Source of the DNA: Epithemia pelagica
Lineage: Eukaryota > Protista > Bacillariophyta
Assembly (NCBI GenBank): GCA_946965045.2
Contig: OX337231.1
Coordinates: 2,914,001 to 2,978,000, forward strand
Direction of reading: 5' to 3'
DNA length: 64,000 nucleotides
Part shown: positions 58,027-64,000 of the stretch, piece after piece
Position numbering within the stretch: position 1 is the first letter of the stretch
Layout: each line of letters starts with the position of its first letter
Made by a program: the position numbers and the translations under genes
Notes under the pieces: generated by a model
The model's database searches: none
What the model was told of the DNA's origin: nothing
Seen by the model: the letters and a program-made list of their open reading frames with translations, nothing else

Positions 58027-58836
58027 AACGTGGCCTTAGCAGCAAGAAACTCCACCAGCAACGACACGTGAATCCAACGAGGGACAGTCAAGGAGTTTTC
58101 CGGTTCCGGCATCGTACCTAGTAGGGTAAAGGGGGGCGCATCGGGCACATCTCCCCCGTGCTTCATAAGAACAAAGGCATTACTACAAAAAGTACCCGGT
58201 GATATCTCTCACTACCTCTAATGCAGTCAAAATCGGTGCCCCTGAACGAGATTGCGAACCAAACGTCCAGCAGTTGCAAACTTTTGAGCCAAATCACCAA
58301 ACAGCGGCATCTTAAAGAAAAACCCATCCATCTGTACCCGACCCATGGGTGTCTTAAAGTACTGCTTATACGCAAATACCCCGTAGGAAAATAGGGGGGG
58401 AAAAGGCAGAGGAGAGGGGGAGAGAGAAGGAGAGAAGAAGGAGATTCCGTAAGTCAGATTCCTTCATGAAATCGATCCGCGTATTGCTCGCAGTCTCACG
58501 TTTGTTTCCTCTGACGTATGAAATGTTCTAGGAAGCTCCAAACTTCCCTCAGAGGGGAGAAGGCACTTCCCCTCCAAAACGATTAAGCCCTTCATGTCGT
58601 TTCAGCACCTTTTTGTTATTGAAACGACATTCTACACTGGTACAATCCTCCCGACCATCCGATGACCTTTCACGTGGTTCTACGTAGCATGTGATGAGGC
58701 GTATCCAGTCTGTGCTTCGCATCACAATTGGAACTGCTTGCACCTCGCACAAGATCTTGTCATAATTTTTTTTGCTACGATGTTACTCACTACGAATTTT
58801 TCTTTTTGTTGTTTGTCATGCAGGTATTCAGGTCAA

Positions 58837-61800
58837 TCAAGAGAATGAAGATGGTGCCTTGTTCAAGGCTCGTTTGGGGCAGCGTCGGTCATGGGGTGGA
58901 CGTCCTTTCCCTCGTTCTACGCAGTACTTCATGTACTTGACGCAACAGAACTGGGTTTGGACACGAGGTAGTGGTCCGAAGGGAGGAAAGGTGGGCATAC
59001 ATCTCGGGACGGATTGAAGACCACCCCAGCCATGGGGATTGCTGTGGAATGCAAAGGGGTATTGCTGTTGATCGGGGAGTGTTGTTGGCCGTTGCTGATT
59101 TTGCTTGTACGGGTTGACAGGTTGGTTTTTCTGTCTTGTTGTCGTTGTTGTTGTTGCCAATTGCAGTACCACCAACCCATTTGCTGTTGTTGCCATTGCA
59201 GGTGTGCTGTTTGCTGCATTTTGAGGCTCTTTGTGTTGTTGTTGATCCTGCACTGTCGCTGCTGATTGATTTGTTGCTGCCATCGTTGTTGCTGGTAAGG
59301 CTTCGCTGTTGTTTGTAACCTTTTGCTTTTTGTTGCTGGTGTTGTTCTCATCCAAATCGTCGCTCTCTTTTTCTTCTCCCTCTCTTTCCTTTCTCTTATT
59401 GCTACTGATTGCCTGTGCTTGTGCTGTTTCTTGTTGTTGTGTCTGTTGTTGTGTTTCTTGCCGTATCTGTTGTTGTGTTTCTGGCTGTGTCTGTGGTTGT
59501 TGTATTTTGGCTGGATTCTCCTCGCTAAAATGTTGTTGGATTTCATCTTCGACCTCTGACTCCTCCTCTGCCAAACCCAACAATGGAATGGACGTGTCAT
59601 GCGGCAACCTCTTCTTGTTGCTCGCACATTTTTGGCACTGGCATCGATCGTTGAGTGGATGCTTTGGAACTTGTTGCGTGATTTCTTTTCTCGTTTCCAG
59701 GTACTCGGAGAAAAACCGTTCTCCCGTATCTTCTGGAAGCTTCTCAACCTCTGGAAAGGGAGGACGAGAAGCTCCAGACATCGAGGCAAGTATATTGATC
59801 ATGTTTGTTTTGCATGCGTTACCAAAACTCACCACCATTTCCCATCCTGCAGGCACCACTGAACGTTCTTCTTGAGACTTCGTCATGATTCTCATCTTGT
59901 GACGAATTGCCCTGTTATACTGGGCCGTGCCTGCCAAATTCAAAGCATCTGCAAGAGTTTCTTGCATGCCACAGTTGGCAAAATGCGTCAAATTATCATG
60001 AAAGCTCTCGAGCTTACTCTCTCCTCTCAAAGGTACGTACTCCACTAGCTGGTTGCTTGATCTTGGTGATGGAGGTATCTCACGATACATTTTCTCCACG
60101 GGCAAGGGATCAGCAAGGAACTTTGCCTTCTCTTTACAGTTTTCCAGTGCTTGATGTGTTTTGGCCGTAAAAAGAGGTTGATTGGAGTGTGGATCCAATC
60201 GGCCTCGTGCTGGTGGCTTGCCAGGAGTGGAAGTGCACTTGTATTTGCACTTCCACTCCTCCAACTTGAGGACAATCGTATCGCCACCCTGAATAATCTT
60301 CCGTAAGTTCTTTGAGTACCTCTGTCGAAAGGTCTTGGTTCCCATCATTTCACTGATCTCTTCGTCTGTGTATTGTTTCTTGGAGCTTGATATGGTTCCA
60401 TTTTTCAAAGAACCAACAAGTTTCTCCAAGTCTTCAGGATGGTACTCGTAGATCGCATCCAACAAATCCTTCATGGCTATCCCAAAGTCAATGTGCCGTT
60501 GTCTGAGCGTCTTGGTTATCTTCTGTATGAAATGGAAAAGGCCAAGACGGCCCTCCAAGTCATCAACCAACAACAACCAAAAATCCTTGCCACAAGGCCA
60601 TGTGTCAGAGTACATGGCCTTGGGGCAAAACCCGGTACGTCTCAGCACTTGTTCCGCAGCATGTGCAAACTCGAGAGCTGATGTGTCGTGCACTAACACT
60701 GCACAAGCAATTTCTCCTGCCTCTGTTGCCATGGTCCACATTGCAGCTGCATTGAGGCGTCTTGGATAATTTTTCACTACCTGGTGGGTGTGGTCGTGAG
60801 CAAACATGTGCTGGCATCTAACCCCTTGAATCTCTCTTGTGTTTCTCTCGTTGTCAGACACTATCCAGGGTTGCCATTCGGAGCTTGCTCCATCATCATA
60901 TAGCTGGCGGATTGTCTCGCCTAAAGGTGGGTAGCGAACCAGAAACTCACCATCCTTTTGCACATAGTCTTCTGATTCTTTTCCTGTAGCAGCACAATAA
61001 GAATAGTACCTCATTGTCTTGTCTTCATAGCAGGTGTTGATTCCTTCATATAGCATCCGACTGATGTAATCCCCATTGCCATAGGTTACCATTGATGCTT
61101 CCATTATCCTCGTAGCATCTTTAGCTAGATGCGATGTTCCTCTAGCATACTTGGGTTCCACTGGGTAACACATAGCCATGTAGGGAGGCAGTCGTGCAAG
61201 CAATTCTCCATCATTCGCATAGAAGGCAGCCGAGCACCCGTCACACTTGTATCCCATAAGTATTGCATACTTTGGGGGACCAGACATGGCGAAAATGGGG
61301 AAAAGGGACTTGTTTTTTGAAAAGTTCGATCGCGTACGCTGGAGATTACCCCGGCAACGAGGACAACGCAAGTGGTTACTGGGGAAAAACAGCTCCCAAT
61401 CAACAACCAGGAGTTCCTGTCCCACAATCGAGTCGTACAAAGCACTCGTGTTGTCAGCAATGGGGGGTACAGTAACGGTCATATTAGTGAAGAAAGGTTT
61501 CAAATTCTCAACACAACGCTTAGAACCAAGGCACGTGTCGGTCACATAGCTCGCCAACGCATGCACAGCACGTGGGACATGCACCTCCGTAGGTACTGCT
61601 GTCACACGCATAATTACCTCAAACTTGAAATCTTCGGCTGTTGGAACATACGCGCCTTCCTCGCCACCAACGGTAGAACTTTCCGTTGCCATAGTCACAC
61701 TAGTAGATTCTGTGTTTTCATTTTCAGCCCCTCTCTTTGCGTTTTTTGACGTGCAATTGGGACGAGGTCGCATGAAAACGTCCACTGCCTCCTTCGTAAC

Positions 61801-62163
61801 ATTGGAGGCGGACAGTTTCTCACCACTGGTAAGTGGTTTGCGAATTGCTGCTGCATGGACAGCCTGGGCCTTTTCTGAGGCCACCACCTCTGCTCCTCTT
61901 CCATCGTTCATTCCCTTGCCCCTTGTTGTTGTGTTTTTGCTGCATCTGGGGTGGTGAGGGCGATGAGGGATGGCCATTCCTCTTGCCTTGGCCCTGCAGA
62001 TGGGGCAGTCGATGTCGGACTCAAAGACGACCGAAAGGTCCATCTTTCTCCAACCTGAACGCTTCTTCCAACTCTTCTTTGGCCAACGAGAGTACTGATT
62101 TCCGTATCGTTGCGACTGTGGCCCCATGGCCTTGGCCGCTGTGAATTGTGCTGCAGAACTCAT
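58837..62163 (-). mobile_element. Intact 1108-aa putative MULE-like DDE transposase ORF
   Basis: Candidate triad AHDHTH / MYSDTWP / KLESFHDNL plus LGLFHFIQK (MULE CxxH-position His). Zn-binding CPRC...YKCDGC region upstream. Q-rich low-complexity C-terminus. Confidence 0.7.
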
Positions 62164-62513
62164 GATCTCTATTTGTTATTCTAACTTATTGAAGTGTATC
62201 CTCTTTTCCAGGCTTCTGACCATGCTCAAAAGGGTCATGAGATGGTCAGAAGAGGACTTGTCGCAATGGTCGACTTGGCCATGCCATGGGCGACCGTGAA
62301 GGACCGACCGGATCGGCTGATGGAATCTTCCCTCCATGTTTTTTGTCCGTGATTCGATGGGTTCCCGGGACACGGTAAGACACTTGTAACGACATTTGTT
62401 TCCTAAGTGATTTTTTGTGAAACGACATTTCTAACCCAATCATATTGCTGCCTTTTGAAACTAACACCCCACCCGCAACGATTGCAAACAATCCCAGCGA
62501 CAAAACTACTCCT

Positions 62514-62644
62514 CTAGAGGAGTATCATGTATGGCTATGTGGAAATGGTAACCCAGGCTCTCGTTCTTCTGGGTAGCAACAAGTCGCACTTGCGCAATTT
62601 CCGGGTCGCTTGATGACGCACTTACATTCTCATGTGCCATCAGA
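62514..62644 (+). repeat. Right copy of the direct repeat, carrying the empty MITE site
   Basis: CTAGAGGAGTATCATGT-ATGGCTA-TGTGG...CCATCAGA, with a single ATGGCTA. Confidence 0.9.
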
Positions 62645-62810
62645 ATCATAGCGAGATCCTTGGAGCCAGACGCCATGATGATGATGCGGCTGCGGGTTGC
62701 GGGGTGAATGAGAAGACTTTCACGGCGGGGTGGGAATCTCACTTCTTGACACCTGGCGCACGCCCTTAGACGACTTCAAACTTCAACATCTCTTCCTCTT
62801 CTCAAATAAG

Positions 62811-63863
62811 ATGGCTCCTGTTGTACCACACGAAGGCGTTTCTGCACTAGAGTCTTTGTCAAGCTTCATTTACAAAGTTGAGCACATGCCTCAAACGGTG
62901 GGCATGGCTTGGCTCCTTTCCAGTGCTCTTTATACAACCTACGCAACAAATGCTTTCTTGAAGTACAAGCCAAATGCTGTCATTCAAGGAGAGAAAACTC
63001 GCCTTGCAGCAACAATACCTGCTCAAAAGTGGAAAGTCACGCGACCAACCCTCCTTACACTCTGTCGATTTGGTGGATCTTTGCTGTTGGGATTGGTCGC
63101 ACACGCAGACTTGAGAATATGGGACCGGGTGATGGAGACAATACGAGCTGCTCCATTATTTCTCTTTCCGGCCGCCTGCTTGTTTATAGCAAACTTTTTC
63201 AATGCCATTAGTCTAGAACGAATTGGGATTTCGCTGACCTATACTTCGAAATGTGCAATACCACTCATCACCGTACTACTCGCGTTGGCGGTGGACGGAG
63301 TCAAAGCCTTACCCAACCATCTGGCATTGCTATCACTGCTGCCAATTGCACTCGGAATTGGAGCAGCGTCGTGGAACTCCCCGACCTTCGAACCGCTGGG
63401 ATTCGCTTCTGCCATGCTGTCGGCCACTGCCCAGAGTGCCCTGAATGTCAGTAGCAAACGTGCAATGATGAAAAGCGGAATTAGAGGAGCTTCGACACAG
63501 CGAGTTCTGGTTGCCGTTGGATTGATCATCGCAATGGTAATCACACACTTCGAACATCGAAGTCACACTCGGGAAGCTTCTGTGGACAAAGGCGACCCAG
63601 GGCCAGGGGCTGGAGAACCATTGGCAATTTATGTGATGGCAATCACTGCATATCATATTGAATACGTTTTATCATTTATGTTCGTGAAACTTGTTTCTCC
63701 CGTCACCTATGGCGCATGTGATGCGGTTCGACGGCTCAGTGTGATACTGGCTGGACGAGCAATGTTTGGCGCCAAACCTCTCACTGCTTTGAATATTGCA
63801 GGAATTGGTCTTGCACTTTGTGGCGCACTAGGATACTCGGTCACGAGCTCAATGGGTAAATAA
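62811..63863 (+). CDS. Triose-phosphate transporter family (DMT/EamA) sugar-phosphate translocator
   Basis: Multiple TM helices; NAISL..IGISLTYTSKCAIPLITV, PLGFASAMLSA..QSALNVSSK and VSPVTYGACDAVRRLSVI. The frame is open from 62730. Confidence 0.85.
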   Translation: MAPVVPHEGVSALESLSSFIYKVEHMPQTVGMAWLLSSALYTTYATNAFLKYKPNAVIQGEKTRLAATIPAQKWKVTRPTLLTLCRFGGSLLLGLVAHADLRIWDRVMETIRAAPLFLFPAACLFIANFFNAISLERIGISLTYTSKCAIPLITVLLALAVDGVKALPNHLALLSLLPIALGIGAASWNSPTFEPLGFASAMLSATAQSALNVSSKRAMMKSGIRGASTQRVLVAVGLIIAMVITHFEHRSHTREASVDKGDPGPGAGEPLAIYVMAITAYHIEYVLSFMFVKLVSPVTYGACDAVRRLSVILAGRAMFGAKPLTALNIAGIGLALCGALGYSVTSSMGK

Positions 63864-64000
63864 GATAAGCTATCTCGTGCGACTATCAAGTAATCCCCAA
63901 TCGTTGGAGAGGAATTGAATCATAGAGGAGGAAGCAGTCCTGTCATATGCGGACGTTTGGACCGAATTCAATCTTCCTCACTTTTGCAATGAACTCCAGT

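Noticed and set aside
58110-58160. Possible Helitron 3' end (G5/C5 hairpin followed by CTAG on the minus strand)
   Set aside because: The stem is weak, CTAG is not followed by T, and there is no Rep/helicase or 5' TC boundary.
58929-59875. Overlapping ORFs (286 aa, 188 aa and others) in the transposase 3' region
   Set aside because: These are frame and strand shadows of Q/T-rich low-complexity coding sequence.
56026-62644. LTR retrotransposon interpretation of the direct repeats
   Set aside because: No TG...CA ends, PBS/PPT or gag/RT/integrase motifs, and the repeats are short and diverged.

Overview
Gene-dense (about 33 genes in 64 kb) eukaryotic nuclear DNA with short GT-AG introns. Bipartite plastid-targeting presequences, a silicanin-like gene and lineage-typical bZIP and kinase families point to a diatom, probably pennate (inference). 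Bases 1-55.4 kb are mostly housekeeping and plastid-targeted genes: glyoxalase-like, GGPP synthase, TYW2, ChaN-like, AP-3 mu, DDX55, V-ATPase proteolipid, Nup107, PEN-2, P5CS, bZIP, mtL19 and a kinase. Bases 56.0-62.65 kb are an accessory, mobile-DNA block. Two diverged direct copies of a ~130-bp segment enclose a Uma2-like PD-(D/E)xK nuclease gene and an intact 1108-aa MULE-like DDE transposase. The left copy carries a 578-bp MITE (12-bp TIRs, 7-bp TSD, P-element-like ends), and the right copy preserves the empty site. Other notable items: a V-ATPase c paralog lacking the proton-carrying Glu, a DHH/EF-hand/CBS fusion protein, a silicanin-like protein, a structured long intron in DDX55, and a recurrent intergenic TAGGAGTA palindrome motif. 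All exon boundaries were deduced by hand and all family calls come from motif recognition; no database searches were run.
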